Assembly: GCA_045837725.1 (NCBI GenBank)
Contig: JBEWZL010000209.1
Location: forward strand, 186,001 to 250,000
From: Vermamoeba vermiformis
Taxonomy: Eukaryota
DNA: 64,000 bases
Direction of reading: 5' to 3'
Shown: in pieces, positions 14,943 to 28,637 of the stretch
Layout of the letters: each line of letters begins with the position of its first letter
How positions within the stretch are numbered: position 1 is the stretch's first letter
The notes under the pieces: model-generated
The model's database searches: none
What the model was told of the DNA's origin: nothing
The model's input: the letters and a program-made list of their open reading frames with translations, nothing else
Made by a program: the position numbers and the translations under genes

Positions 14943-16339
14943 TTACAGCAGGGCAATAATATAGACCTTCCAGCTCTCTGTCTGCTCTATCGAAGTGACC
15001 TCTTCATACGCGCTCTTAACATCGTCTCTGTCTTCATTCTGTGCCGCAAATCATCAATATTTGTTGTTTTGAATTTAAACAATGATGATGACTTACATCC
15101 GCCCACCAGACTTTTACGTCTTTGAATCCAGCCTCGTACATTGCTTCGATGACTTCGGGTAACATCCACAAGCGGAAGTCGTATGTAAACGCTGCTTTCA
15201 TACGCGAGCCATCGCTGAATTAATGTTATTAATAAATGAATATATTAGAACAAAAAAGACGTACCTAAACTTAAACGAGACTTGTCCCTTCAAGCGGTGA
15301 CTGTACGCGTCAAAGCTGGTCTGTTCCCAGATTTTCTGTCCCAGGATTAATAACTTATATATCATCGCACTCACAACACAACACACCGTCAGACTCTCAG
15401 TGACTCGCACTTCTTTCTTCAGCTCGCCTAATGACGACGTGCCGCCCAACAGATCGCACACGAATATTCCGTCAGGTTTCATGCCCTTCTGAACGTTGGT
15501 GAAGTACTAACGACAATGCGAGTCAATATTAAGGAATAGTCGAAGGTCATATATGGCACGTACTGTGATGAGCTTAGTCCGCGAGTGGAAGTAACAAATG
15601 CTGTAATTAACGGCCACTAATATATCGCACTTCTTGCCCAGGGTGTTGGTCACGTCGTTGACATCGCGCACAAACAGCTCCATTCTGCGATTGGCCACGC
15701 TGTTAGTATGCATGTGATTGCAGTATGTATATCGTATACCTATCACCGGCAGGACCTGCATCAACCTTATTATGTTCCAAGCCCCATTTGATCACGCTCG
15801 GGTCAATATCAAGGCCTGTCAGTGGTCAATGCGCTGAACTCACGGTTGATCATACACGTGTGCGTACCGTAAGCAAATCGTTCAGCATCGCCTTTGACCC
15901 ATTCAGCACACAAATAAGCAGTGCCGCAGAAATCTTCTCGCTAAAAGCAACATGTCAGATCGCGATCGAGTTCGGTGTGCTATCACCAGGATTTTTATTA
16001 TACTTAATTTCATAAATATATTATCATATTAACATAACGTGATATAAATATAATCTTATTCACAAGTTTAGAATTACTGATAATTTTAATTCGGTTTAAC
16101 TTTTTTATTACTACTTACCAATATGAGGGGCTTTCTGTGTCTAGCGGTAGTAAACACCTTCACAAATAATCGAATCTCTTCTTTGGGCGATTGAATGGCC
16201 TAAATAAAGGTTAACGGAGATCCAGATCAGATCACTTTCTAATTACCATTTGATACATTTGATGAGGGTCAGCTTTGGATGCCATTGTCTCGACGGGGCC
16301 GCCCTTCTTCTTTCTTGGCTTTTCCTTATCTTGTTCCAT
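14943..16339 (-). CDS. Class I SAM-dependent methyltransferase, multi-exon
   Basis: Spliced motifs ILREDFCGTAYLCAEW, GLDIDPSVIKWG, CDILVAVNYSICYFH and MKPDGIFVCDLLGG. Ends ESWKVYIIALL*. Confidence 0.8.
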
Positions 16340-16942
16340 TGTTTCGTGCTGTTGCTGTGCGTTTTGTTTAATGCAAGTCCCGATCGGATCACCACTACCA
16401 CTCGAGCTGAACACCCTCGCCTACTGACAGCGACTTCCTCAAATAATTCCACTTACATTATTAATATTACACTCATAAATAAGACGACTGTTCTAGAATA
16501 GAAAGTGCAGGACAACCAAATCTAATTATTTTACAGCAGGCATTAAAATATTCATTTAAATTTTTACATCCATGACACAGCCACCTCACGAGACCGACTA
16601 ACTTTTTTTTGCGCTTTTAGTTAATTTATTACCTTATATCTCGGGCCATAGTCAGATCAGGAATAAAATCTAACGTGCTCGTGCAATCTCCTAGGCATGC
16701 TGACGCTTCGTCAGTGGTAAGAGAATAACATTAATGCGAATATTTGTCAATATGAGGCGTGTGCATGCCAACAAAACAATCGAACACTGACCGATCAAGT
16801 TCCCGCTCAATTTTTTTAAACCAGAACTGACCGTTGCAAACTTGGCCAAATATAAATACGCTTGTCGTAGTGCGATTCTAATTCTCAACCGCAACACAAC
16901 GAATAGCCAAGTTAATAGTCCAGCGACTACTATTATTTAAAC

Positions 16943-17745
16943 ATGTCTGCTGATTTCCTCGCTCCCGATGTGATCAAGAAGGTGTTTGTAGAGCTCAAAG
17001 ACCTCACTCAAAACCCTCCTGAAGGCATCAAGGTCATTATCAACGAAGAAGACGTGACCGACGTTCAAGCCCTCATTGACGGCCCAGGTAATTATGAGTT
17101 TTTTATTCAAATTCCGGATTTGATATTTATTTCTAATGAGTCCAGCTTACTGATCGTTTTAATAGAGGACACACCCTTTGCCGGTGGTGTTTTTAAAATG
17201 AAGTTGAAGCTCGGCTCTGAATATCCTCAAGCTCCTCCAAAGGGCTACTTCTTGACCAAGATCTTCCATCCAAACGTCTCCGACAAGGGAGAGATTTGCG
17301 TCAACACGCTTAAGAAGGACTGGAAGGCTGATATGGGTATTCGACACTTGCTCTTGGTAAGTAAATCACTGTGCAGTCGTCTGCATTGGCGGATGCATCG
17401 ATCTAACTCGTGTAACGTGTATTGACTGTGCTCTTGCTTTATTAGACCATCAAGTGCTTGCTCATGCAACCCAATCCCGAGTCTGCTTTGAACGAAGAAG
17501 CTGGCAAGTTGTTGCTCGAAGCCTACGAGGATTACTTCAAGCACGCGCAACTCATGACTCAAATCCACGCTTTGAAGAAGGCTCCTGCTGCTACACCCGC
17601 CACTAGCACTGCTACTACCTCATCGGATGCTGACGCTAAGAAGGCTCGCGTCGAGAAGGAGAACGTGCCTCGCAACAAGGCCGCTGCTCCCACCGCCGCA
17701 TCTGCTGCCAACAACAAGTTGAAGAAGAGTCTTAAGCGACTTTAA
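16943..17745 (+). CDS. UBE2S: Ubiquitin-conjugating enzyme E2 S
   Basis: UBC fold [49 protein letters not shown] and the diagnostic C-terminus KKSLKRL. Two introns. Confidence 0.95.
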
Positions 17746-17951
17746 ATTCAACGCTACCCTCATGTACATCAATGTATTATAAACCCTCTTATTACAAATC
17801 GGATCTGCTTTTCATTTATTGTTTCGAAAAGGCCAAGAAAGAGCACAACGAGCTTGATTATTGTTTTGTTCTTTACTCGTTGTTGCAGGTCCATAATTAC
17901 AGCCACATATAATAGAGATACACAGAGGCAATATAACAGCACACAAGCACC

Positions 17952-19338
17952 ATGACGCGATATTTACCCCCACATCTTATGACTTTGTTCCATCCGAGGC
18001 CAGTGCTCGATTTTGTTGCTCCAAAGCCTTTAAATAATTACCCACAATACGAGGGTGTAGCAGACTATGTTCAGAAGTTCGAAGATCCGCGCGTAACTCC
18101 ACAACCTGAGCCTTCTCCTGGAGTTGAGACACGCGCTCAGATCAAGGAGAGAAAACGTAAAATTAGATGGCAAAAAGAAATGCAAAGAATAGAGGAATTA
18201 ATGAAGACATGTAAGAGTCCTGGAAATTATTATTAATTTTTTGGATATTTTTTTCATCGATCTATCATTTTATTTCGTGATTTTTCTCTTCTAATAGCTT
18301 AATAATATTGGTGATAATTATTGCATTTTAAAGCGATTATTTTGATGATTTTTCATCGATGCTAATAGTAATTTTTTTAGGGGATCCTCATAACAATCCT
18401 AAGGCTACTGAAGAGGCCTATAAGACTTTATTTGTCGGTCGATTGGTAAGTGCAGTAATGTAGTCATAATAACACGCATACTAACCTTTTTCTAGTCTTA
18501 CACAAGTACAGAAGAAAGCTTGCGCCGAGAATTCAGTGAATACGGACCTATTAAGACGGTAAGCATTGATATTAACTATAATATAATATTATATACTAAC
18601 GGTAATTTTAATGAATAGGTCCGTATTATTTATGATCTGGACGGCAAGCCACGAGGTTACGCCTTCATTGAATTTGAACGAGAAAAAGACATGAGAAGTA
18701 CGTTCTATGCCCGTATTATAGTGCTACTTATTAATGTAATATCGATTCGACACTAATTTGTTGCTATTTACAGCTGCATACAAAGACGCAGACGGCAAGC
18801 GCGTGGATGGTCGTCGTATTGTGGTCGATGTTGAGCGTGGCAGAACAGTGAAGGATTGGAGACCACGACGATTAGGCACGTGCATTCATGGATATATATA
18901 TATTACTATTGTTGTACTTGCAGCGACTAACGTATAATGCACACAGGCGGAGGTCTTGGTGGCACACGACTGGGCGGCGAGGACGTGAATGTCAAGTCTT
19001 CAGGTCGATTCAATCCCAACGACAGACGTCGCGATGACGACAGAGAAAGACCTCGTGAGCGCAGTCGAGAACGTGAGCGTGATTACAGAGACCGCGAACG
19101 TGACAGATACAGAGAACGCGATGGAGGACGAGGTGAAAGAGACGGACGTGACGGACGTGAAGGACGTGAAGGACGCGATGGTGGTGGCAGAGATGACCGA
19201 CGAGACCGCGGTGGTGGTGACAGATACCGCGAGCACGGTGGTGGTGACAGAGGCCGCAGAGATGACCGGTAAGTCGAGCACGTGATGTTAATCGAGTTTC
19301 GTACTAACAAATTGCAATACAGACAACACCGCTATTGA
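17952..19338 (+). CDS. SNRNP70: U1 snRNP 70 kDa protein, multi-exon
   Basis: [18 protein letters not shown]-terminus, [48 protein letters not shown] and an RD/RE-rich tail. Confidence 0.95.
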
Positions 19339-19392
19339 GCACTTAAAGTGGTTTAATCTTGTGAGATAATACTGGTGATAATAAATACAAAA

Positions 19393-22300
19393 TTACTGCA
19401 GCGAGACGACACTTTCACTGTCAGTGTTGAGTACTTTGGTGATGATATTGATCTGCGAGGGATCACCGTCAACTTCCTCGAATAAAGTCAGCAAGTTGTC
19501 GCCTTCATTGAGCCAGTCAGGTGGCACGTGATACAAGGTTTGAGTGGGCTTGTTGCACGAGTCAGGGTCGTATTCAGTGCAGCCACCACCAATCGGAGGG
19601 AGTGTGTCACAACGTCCCTTGACGAGCCAGTACCGGCCAATGTCGTAACCATTGACATAAGCATGACCACGCGTCATGGAGCTGAGGTCAATCAAGAGCG
19701 GGGCATAAGGACCTTTGCCTGTGCCTTTCAGATTCAAATGCTGGGCCTGCGAGAGCGAGAACGAGGTCTGGTACCAGGTGGCTGATTGATGCACAGGGTT
19801 ATTGAACTTGCGCCACGCGACTAAAGGCGAGCCATTGCTAGTGTAGATCTGAAAGACGGTAATTAGATGCTGCTTCATCATCGATTAACTATTGTGGCAC
19901 GTACTTGCAAAGCTTGTCCACTGAGTCCGACTTGATGCGACCAATTGCCGCGAGTGATGTCTTTGTCTTCTAGCAGCACTTGGCCAGTGATACCTTTCTG
20001 CGCGTAGGTCTTGTTGTCAATCTCTTTGAACAGACCGAGCGAGACAGACAATATCTCGAGGTCGTACGTGCCGGGGGCAGAGAAGATCAGAGCATCTAAA
20101 CAAGTCTTAGCCAAATGATCACTCGAATGTTGTTGACTTACTCTTCGCGGTGATGTTGTGATCACCTTGTTCGGAGTACAAGCTGAAGTTTTGGCCTTGA
20201 TACACGTCATTGACGTGGAACAACTGTCACAGATCGGTTAGTGATAAGAACATTGGTACCACAAAGGAGCTCATACCAATGCCATGCCTCCATGGGTGCC
20301 CGCGGACAATCTGTACACGCCCTCTTGAGGGATGTTCAGCTTCGTTCTGTAATACAAGTAGTCGGTCTTGCTCTTGGTCAATAACAACTGTTCAATCGGT
20401 GTCGGTGCATCGTACAGGCTGATCGATTTGCCCCAGGTGTCGCGCCAATACTTCCAGTGCATGTCAGCCTGTAGAGACATTAGACATTGCAGGCCAATTC
20501 AAGTATAGTTGGAGACTTACAGCAGGTACCAGCACTTCAATCTTGTCATATTTAGGCACACTAGTATCGACGTCACTCGTGTCAAACAGAGTGTTGCCAG
20601 CACTGTCGAGAACGAGCACTGAAAACGCAGGTCTGATGAAGACTTGTTCGTGATTGAATCGAATGATTTGAGTGCTGTTGTCATTGTTTTCAATGAATGT
20701 AATGGCGTTGCTGCCGTGGCCGAAAGCTATAAGGAATAGGCTTAGAAGCTGATGCGAGGACCTGTTTGTGTGTCATACTTATCGAGTTCTGAGTGCCGTT
20801 GACTGAAGGTTTCCAGCCGCCACTTTGTGATAGCACTTCAACAGCCGCTCTTAGTGGGAACTGATCGTCTAAGTTAGTACAGAGGCATTGCGTGTAACAA
20901 TGAAAACATACTGGCAAAGACAAGATGGACTCGGCATACTTGCGCATCAACAAGTGAAGTCTAAAGAGGGGATTAGCTCGTGCATCGGTAGTACAACAGT
21001 GCTCTGGACACGTACTTTGCCAAGTGAGTGAATTTGGGTTCATTCGGTGTGGCATCATGGTGCAGCATGACATCGTTGGCGTACATGTTAGCGACACCTG
21101 TCAAAGTGTCAAAGATGCGTCCAGAAAGAGGTGAAGGTACTTACCAGCACCGCCCCAGGACTCGTAGTGATTGCCTCCAAACCACATGTAGTACACATGA
21201 ATGTCTCCGCCGTACGAGAACCAGCGAGCCACGGTGTACGCCACATCTTCGGGAGTTCTGACAGCACGAGCAAGGCCCCATTGATCGAACCAGCCTTCAT
21301 TTTCAGTCCAGATTGCCGGCGTGTTAGTTTGGCGCGACCAATGGCCAGAGATCTAGCATTACCAAATTAGGAAATGATGGTCAAAGTACGCGGATCTCAA
21401 CGGTTTTTACCCAATCAGCACCATCGCATCCGTTGTATGATTCAATCGTGTTGTTTGTGAATAGACCACCGCACATGATGAATGGAATGTTTACATTGAG
21501 GCGTGTAGCTAATTGTCCGTTCCACTCGACGTACTTCATTTGTTGCTCGTCATTGTATTCCTAACACGATGTTTAATTTTCGATGCATAGGTCGTAGTAT
21601 TAACTTACATTCTCTACTTGCGATAGAATAATAGGTCCGCCATTTTCAGCGAGATAAGGTCGCACCACATCCATAATAAAGAATGCCCATTTCTCGACGT
21701 ACTTCAGCCAGGGCTCGTTGTAGCATCTAAATGACATGCCTTTTTTGTAAGTCAACCACAAAGGAAGACCTCCATAGCCCCATTCTAAATTGAAATAAGA
21801 ACTTGTCTCGTGTTAACAAAAATTTGAGAAGAACTTGCCTGCATCGACATAGGGTCCAAATCGCACTGGTTGATAATAAATAAGATACTATAAATAATAT
21901 GAGGAGTGTTCAGGACTTACAGTTAACAAACAAGCCGTGATCCGCTGCTTTTTGCAAGAACAATTCAATGTCAGCTCGTTCTTCGAAGGTATAGACGCCT
22001 TCTTCGCGCTCGTGGAAGTTCCAAAAGATGTAAGTTTGAATTAGGTTCAAGCCTTCTTGACGTGCTTTGGTAAAGATATCGTCCCACATCCCTGGTGTCG
22101 ACCTTTAAGATGACAATGACAATTAGGCTCGTGCATATTTAGATTATGTGATTTATTACCTAGGATAATGAACGACGCCTCCAACTAATAAAGCTCTTTT
22201 TCCATTAATTAAAATTGATCTTGAATCAACTGTCACTTTGTACGGCTTGCCTCGCACTTGATCATACGTATCGATGACTATTTATGCAACATTAATATTA

Positions 22301-22437
22301 AATATGCAAAATTAGGTCATAAATTGCGAGCTGAAAAGTTTTATTTGTTCCAAAAAAACAGCCTTACCATCAGCATGCACCGACCAATATAATATGCACG
22401 AGATTAGCACTGCGAGTAGCAATACTCTGTGGTGCAT
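19393..22437 (-). CDS. Secreted or lysosomal beta-galactosidase (GH35), multi-exon
   Basis: Signal peptide MHHRVLLLAVLISCILYWSVHA; GGVVHYPR, IQTYIFWNFHE, RFGPYVDAEWGYGG, GPIILSQVENEY, YMWFGGNHY and C-terminal RGHAYVNGYDIGRYW...QTLYHVPPDWL. Confidence 0.93.
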
Positions 22438-22544
22438 CGCGTGATGTATTTGTGAAATTGCGTTCTTGAATTTTTGTCGTTGTTTTGTCAGGGACCCGAC
22501 AAAAATATCGCGGGCACAAAAATTTGCTATGTAAATAACTAGAG
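22438..22544. promoter_or_regulatory. Probable bidirectional promoter between the beta-galactosidase and ITFG2 genes
   Basis: The two predicted start codons are divergent and only 107 bp apart. Confidence 0.55.
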
Positions 22545-24695
22545 ATGAAGAGCAGTAGGCAAATATCTCTGGTAGATCCGGTGATTTTTGACATCAATTC
22601 AAAGAACTTGTACAAAAATGCTATTACGTTAGGAGATCTGGACAATGATGAGTATAATGTACGAATTTATTAATTATTAAAGTGTGCCTAATATATATTT
22701 TAGGATAATGAACTTGCTGTTGGCACAATCGATGGAGATCTGATGATATTTAAGGGAGATCAGAGGAAACCGTGGAAAGTCTGCTCTAATTTAGGCTCGG
22801 TAATTATTGATAATTTATATAATTTATAATCCAATAAATTTATTTGCTCGAGTATTGACTATCAATAATTATTTAATAATTGTTTTATTTTTTGTTCCTA
22901 GATCACTTGTATGGCAGTTGGCGACGTAAGAAATGTTCATAAGGTAAATAAATAACGCCGAAATAATTTATAATCAATTCAATGCTCATCACTATTGTTT
23001 CCTGATCTAGAACTCGTTGGTGGTAGTTGTCAGTGAAGGCACGTGTTATGTATTCGATTTTGGTCAACAATCGGTCAACGCAGACAAATTATCCGTGAAA
23101 GATACAAGCTCCACACATCACCATCACAAATCCGGATCCACACCTGAAGGCACGAGCATGCCAATACTCACTAGTGGAGGCTCTCAAAATAATTTAAATG
23201 TGCCACCGTCAGTTGTCAATGCGAGCTCTGCACCGAGCACGTTAAATCCATTGCCTATTTTGGAAGCTATTCCACCGGTCGACAGCATGAACAGCAAAAA
23301 ATTCGATAAATTGTTGCAAGGACAAGAACCTAAGCCTCAAAAAGGTTCCGAGCCAGTCACCGCTGAGAATTCCGCTCAGAATTCTCCACATGATCACGTG
23401 AACATTCCAAAAATGGACAATGTCATCGAACCTGAACGCATTGAACCGAGTTTTTATCATAGAATTGCCTGCAACGCAAATTGCGTTATCATTGCGGATA
23501 TTGGTAAGTTGACGCTATTTGACACGTGTCAAAGCGAGTACGACACTAACCATTGACGTGTCACAGATGAGGACGGCAAGCAAGAGCTAATTGTGGGCAG
23601 TAATGACCGAGCTGTCTATTCTTACGCCCTGGTTGAGAGCGGCAAACATCAAACACCCTGCCTCAAACTCAAAAACAAGTGGAGTCTCATGGGACAGGTA
23701 GGTTAACGAGCTTATAGTTGCATTCAGTACTGACCTTTGATGCAGGTGCATTCGCTGTCACTCTCGTGCGACAAGTGGGGCAGACCAGTGCTGCTCGTAG
23801 GTCAAAATGGTGGCGTGTACTGTCAAATAGATCACCGAGGCCAGCTCAGGTTCAGAAGTTTTGGCAATTCCAAGGGTGAAATTTCAATCGACGACACTGG
23901 AAGTACCACGGAAGTGCAGCGACTGAAACGATGTAAGACTCAATATACTCGGGCTCTAAAGCAATTTGTCTAAACTGAATGATATTTGCAGCTTCCCTGT
24001 CACGTGCAGGCACGGTCCAATCACCGATCCTTCAAGCCATGGCCACGCTCGATGGTGTGATCAAGTTGCAAGATTTAGACGACAAGTTATTATGGGAATT
24101 ACAAGTCGAGCATCAATTATTTAGTTTGCACATCCTAGACATTAATGGTAAGTGTTCAACACGGTTTGACACGTGTCACATCTAATATTTTTTCACGAAT
24201 CAGGCGAAGATGACTTGATAGTAGTGACATCATGGGACGGCATGACGTACATCATCGATCAATATCAGAACTTTGTCCGCTTCAAGCTCGAAGACCGCGT
24301 GTGTCTCTTCATTGCGGGACACTACGCGCTGAGTCCTGGTCAGAACAAACCGTGCCTGATCTACGTCACGTTCAACGATCAAATCATCGTATTTAACAAC
24401 CTCAAGTCACTCGAAAAGATCCCTGCCCTATCGTTATTGAGCATCATGAAAGATGAATTTGAAAAAATTAACAGTTTTAAGCCCAACCCAAATTCAGGTA
24501 AGAAGTGATTGTACGTTCATAATTAGCCTGTTATTTATATGTTGAATAGATTGGTCACGGCAAGATCAAGTGGATCTCATTAAATATTTGATCAAAGACG
24601 ATGTATTTAATACTAAGTATTGTAAAAAGTATCTCGAAGAATTGGAAGAGAAAGCGAAACAGTTGAAAGGCAGTCAACAGCCAAAACAACATTAA
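22545..24695 (+). CDS. ITFG2: KICSTOR complex subunit ITFG2 (FG-GAP repeat protein), multi-exon
   Basis: AITLGDLDNDDDNELAVGTIDGDLMIFKG...LGSITCMAVGDVRN, LWELQVEHQLFSL, VVTSWDGMTYIID and KPCLIYVTFNDQI. Confidence 0.88.
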
Positions 24696-24791
24696 TAAAG
24701 TTGAATTTGTACATAATGGCGATGCATATATATTAGCGTCATAAATAAGGTTTAAATAAGGTTTACAAGTAGCTTACAAGTGGATCCAGAT

Positions 24792-25730
24792 CTATTTCCA
24801 AGCCTTCATGCTGCAAGGTTTGCATTGCGGTGAACCACCTTTATTCACGAACGGTTCTGAGCCCAGCGAATTGTTACAATCCACGCACACGAAGCATTCC
24901 TAATTAGGCAATGTCAGTCTGAGATTCAGTGAACACAAACTGAGCTCGCGTACCTTGTGGAAAGTGTTGCCACAAGCCTTCAAGAACGAGCCGCGCAAGT
25001 CTTGTTGACATTTGTGACAGACGGGGCCACCTGTAGCGTGTCTGCCGCAATAGGCCTTGCCATCGCGCTCTTGGAATGCACCAATGCCGATTGGTTGTTG
25101 ACAGTCTGCGCACCTGTAATTGATTTTAGTACTGAAAGCAAGTGCTATTCTAGACGTACTTGAAGTGTTCAGGGTGCCAATATTGATTGAGTGCCATCAC
25201 TGCTTGGCCGTTGATTTCGATCTACAGCATTGATTAGGAATAGAGCTTATAATTGATTGAATTGATATTTGACCTTCGGTTTAAAAATTATGTTTTAATA
25301 ATTCATACCTGACAGTAAGCACATCGTTGTTGGTTGCCAGCGGTGGTTTGACCAGAGGATTTACCGGGCGTTGTGTTACCGAGCATATCTTTAAGCGTAT
25401 CATCGATTGATCTCGAGTCAAACTGCGAGCTGATGTACCTAAAAATTGCCAAAAATTAGTAAACGCACGAATACATCGTTTATAAGTTAAAAAGTTCAAT
25501 AAAGTAACGTTCAATTTCGGTTTGAATTAAAAATATTTTTCAATTTCAGTTTTCTGGTTCAATATACTATATAGATATATTATGTTGTACCTCATCGATG
25601 GGTCCTCGCGTTTTTCACCGGTGTATGCATTAAACGACGAGCCAGTATTTCTTAGGACTTCACCGCAGTTTTGACAATATTTGTCTGAATCTGCGTTCTG
25701 TTTATTGCACTTTGAGCAAGTCTTAGGCAT
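24792..25730 (-). CDS. Zinc-ribbon plus two LIM domain protein, multi-exon
   Basis: N-terminal CSKC...CQNCG ribbon. LIM1 CAYC...WHPEHFKCADC...YCGRH; LIM2 CHKC...FHKECFVCVDC...QCKPC. Confidence 0.88.
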
Positions 25731-25922
25731 GTTGGTTCTGTTATATATTATTGGCTCGTTAATCAGCCAAAATCTTTGGTGTGCTTCTCCATCCCTGGTT
25801 GGTGATCTCTCAGGGTCAACTAAACTTGCTTTATTTGGTTAGTGTAGTAAAATGTTATTGATTTCACTAAATAGCACGAATCAATGTTTTTAAGCTGTTA
25901 ATATTCAGCATGCACTACAACC

Positions 25923-28531
25923 ATGGCTGATCTCGCGAGCAGTGAGTTTATCATTAAATACTGAGTACTAACTAAATAATTATTTATTATAGCGCTACAA
26001 ACGGATGATTCTATTAACCATGTATCATCTAATTATAAATGGCACCGAGTAGAGCCGAGTAATCCTGACGCAGCGCCATCTCCGCGGCAATGGTTTTCAA
26101 TGACGCTCTATAGACGTGCGTTGTATATATTTGGTGGTATTGATGCAAAGAAAAATATCACTAATGATCTTTTCAAATTTGACATCGGTAAGTTGTTGAT
26201 TTAAATGCAACGCACCAGATCCGAAAATTAAATGTGTCTTTTCTTTGCAAGGAAATTGACAATAATTAAACATGTATAATATCAATGTTAGTGTCTATCG
26301 ATTCGCGTCGTAATAATTAATTTCCTGTCAGTATCGTCAACGTGGTTCAAATTGACAACAAAACATAGCCCGCCAGCCCGTTATCGTCATTCAGCGGTCG
26401 TCTATCAGGTAAATATACGCTACATAATATGCATGAGTCATTTGCAATAATTGAAATGCGATCCTTTACAGAACGGGCTTTACATTGTTGGCGGCGTAAA
26501 TTCAAATAACGAGGCTTATGACGACGTTTGGCACTATGATTTTGGTACGTAAGCCTATGGAAGATAAAATGGTATTAATAATGTGTCTATAATAGGACGG
26601 AATCGATGGAAATTGATAAAGAAATTGAAATTACATTTCATCAGCTATTTAACTGCCGTTACTAGCGGCAAGGCGCGAATATTTGGCAGTGGCATGTTTG
26701 GCCAGGGAAATGCGCATAATTTGACATACATTTACGACTGCGATTTGAGTAAGTTATTCATAGGAACAAATTTTATTCCGAGTGGATCTGACTGACTCTA
26801 TTTAATAGGCGAAAAAACGCCTAAAATAACTACTGTTGGCAATTTTGAAGTTGATTTGCTACGAGAAGCATCGATACAGCGATATAAAGATGATTTATTT
26901 TTGTTAACAGAAGACACGTTGTATGAATTGAACAAAGGCAAGTGTTTGCAAGAATTTAATCGAGTTACTAATTATGGTAATATTATACAGACAATCAATT
27001 GACTTTTGTCAAATTGCCGGTCAGTTTGAAAGGCGCAGCTCTTGCAAACATCGACGACCACATGTTCATTATCGGGGGACAGCTTCCAAATAAGGAAATG
27101 TCTAAAGAAACCTACATTTACTCTATAAGTACGTCCGATTTAACTTACTGAAAGTGATTCTTATATTGATGTTATTAGAAACGAAAAAATTTTCCAAGTT
27201 GCCGCACGAGTCGAGCGAGCCCACTTTGTACAATCACCGCGCAGTTGCTAGTCTAGGGAGCATATTCTTATTTGGTATTATCATAGTGCTACTCGGACTA
27301 ATGCAAAGTACTAACTTGTGTTAAGGCGGTGTTAGTTCTAAGGGCGAAGAGATGGTCCATTTCAACGACATCTATGAGTATTCAGGTAAAGTTCCATTGA
27401 CACGTGTCATAACAACTAATCGTTCTTACTTAGACTCGTTCACATTGTTGCCAAATCCTTCGCATATTTCGCATTTGAGTGCGTGGCAATTACTACCCAA
27501 TGATATACTGCATCACGTGTTCTCGTTCATGAACGGTGAACATTTGGCGCGAAGTCAAACGATTTCGAAGACAGTTTATCATCTACTGTAAGTAATTTAA
27601 TGCTTTTAAGAGGTGTGACTGACTTGATTCAGCAATCGACCGTACTTCAAGACACAAATGAAAAAGTGTCACTTTTCGATTATTGGCAGCGACGAATTGA
27701 AGCGCAAACGATTCTTCGTGGTAAGTCACTTATTCGATTTAATAAGGACTATTTAATAATTGTATTGGCAGGTGCTGATTGGTCCAAGTAAATCGGGCAA
27801 GACGTCAGTCGTGAAGCGGTTAGTCGACAAAGCGTATCAAGGCTATGTTGGTATGTCTTTAGTGCTCCATACAGCTGTTCTAATCACACTACAAGATGTT
27901 GATCTGGTGTGGTATCAGCGAGAGATCAAGCACGAGTACGGTGAGACTGACATTGACATCTACGTGCCATTCTCGCGACAGAGTTTGACGGTATGTGCAG
28001 CCAAGAGTAATGGCTTAAATGATCATTTAGCTAATATACTACATTAAGGCCACCTTCTCTGGCTTAAATTATCACAACGCAGAGGTTGGCATTTTGTTGG
28101 TGTGTGACGTGAGTGCCAAGAAGTCACTGCTGCACATCAGAGCGCTGCTCGAAGAACTCAATATGCGACAACAGAACAAAGTGCCGACAATCATATTAGC
28201 GTACGTGATCATATGCACTATGTTCTTAATCTAACAGGACGCTGCTGATAGAAACAAAGCGGATCTCGCGGAGCATTTGAGACAAGTGACAATAGAGGAC
28301 TTACAATATCTGTCTAACAAGTTCAACGTTCCTTTTATAGAAACTAGGTAATTATTGCAGGATTTATTTGCAAAGGCTATTACTGATGTCTTCTGCAGTG
28401 CAAAGAACAATGTAAATATTGAACTGGCCTTTGAAAGGATCTCCCAACAAGTGTTCATCACTGCTGCACAGAAAGTAATCGCACAACAGAATCAACGTTG
28501 TGATGCGCTGCAACACAAGCGATGTAAATAA
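25923..28531 (+). CDS. Kelch-repeat / F-box / Rab-like GTPase fusion protein, multi-exon
   Basis: Kelch-type motifs PARYRHSAVV, LYIVGG, MFIIGG and LYNHRAVA; F-box LLPNDILHHVFSFM; G1 GPSKSGKT, G4 NKAD, G5 ETSAK. Confidence 0.8.
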
Positions 28532-28637
28532 ATTGGATCTGGTTGGGTAGATCTCGTTAAATCACGTGCCAAACCTAAATATGCTTTTGATTTCCAAGAT
28601 TTTATCAATCAATTTACCGCAGCAACACCACGACTAC

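Noticed and set aside
18989-19310. Alternative-frame and antisense ORFs over the U1-70K tail
   Set aside because: By-products of the low-complexity RD/RG repeat coding sequence.
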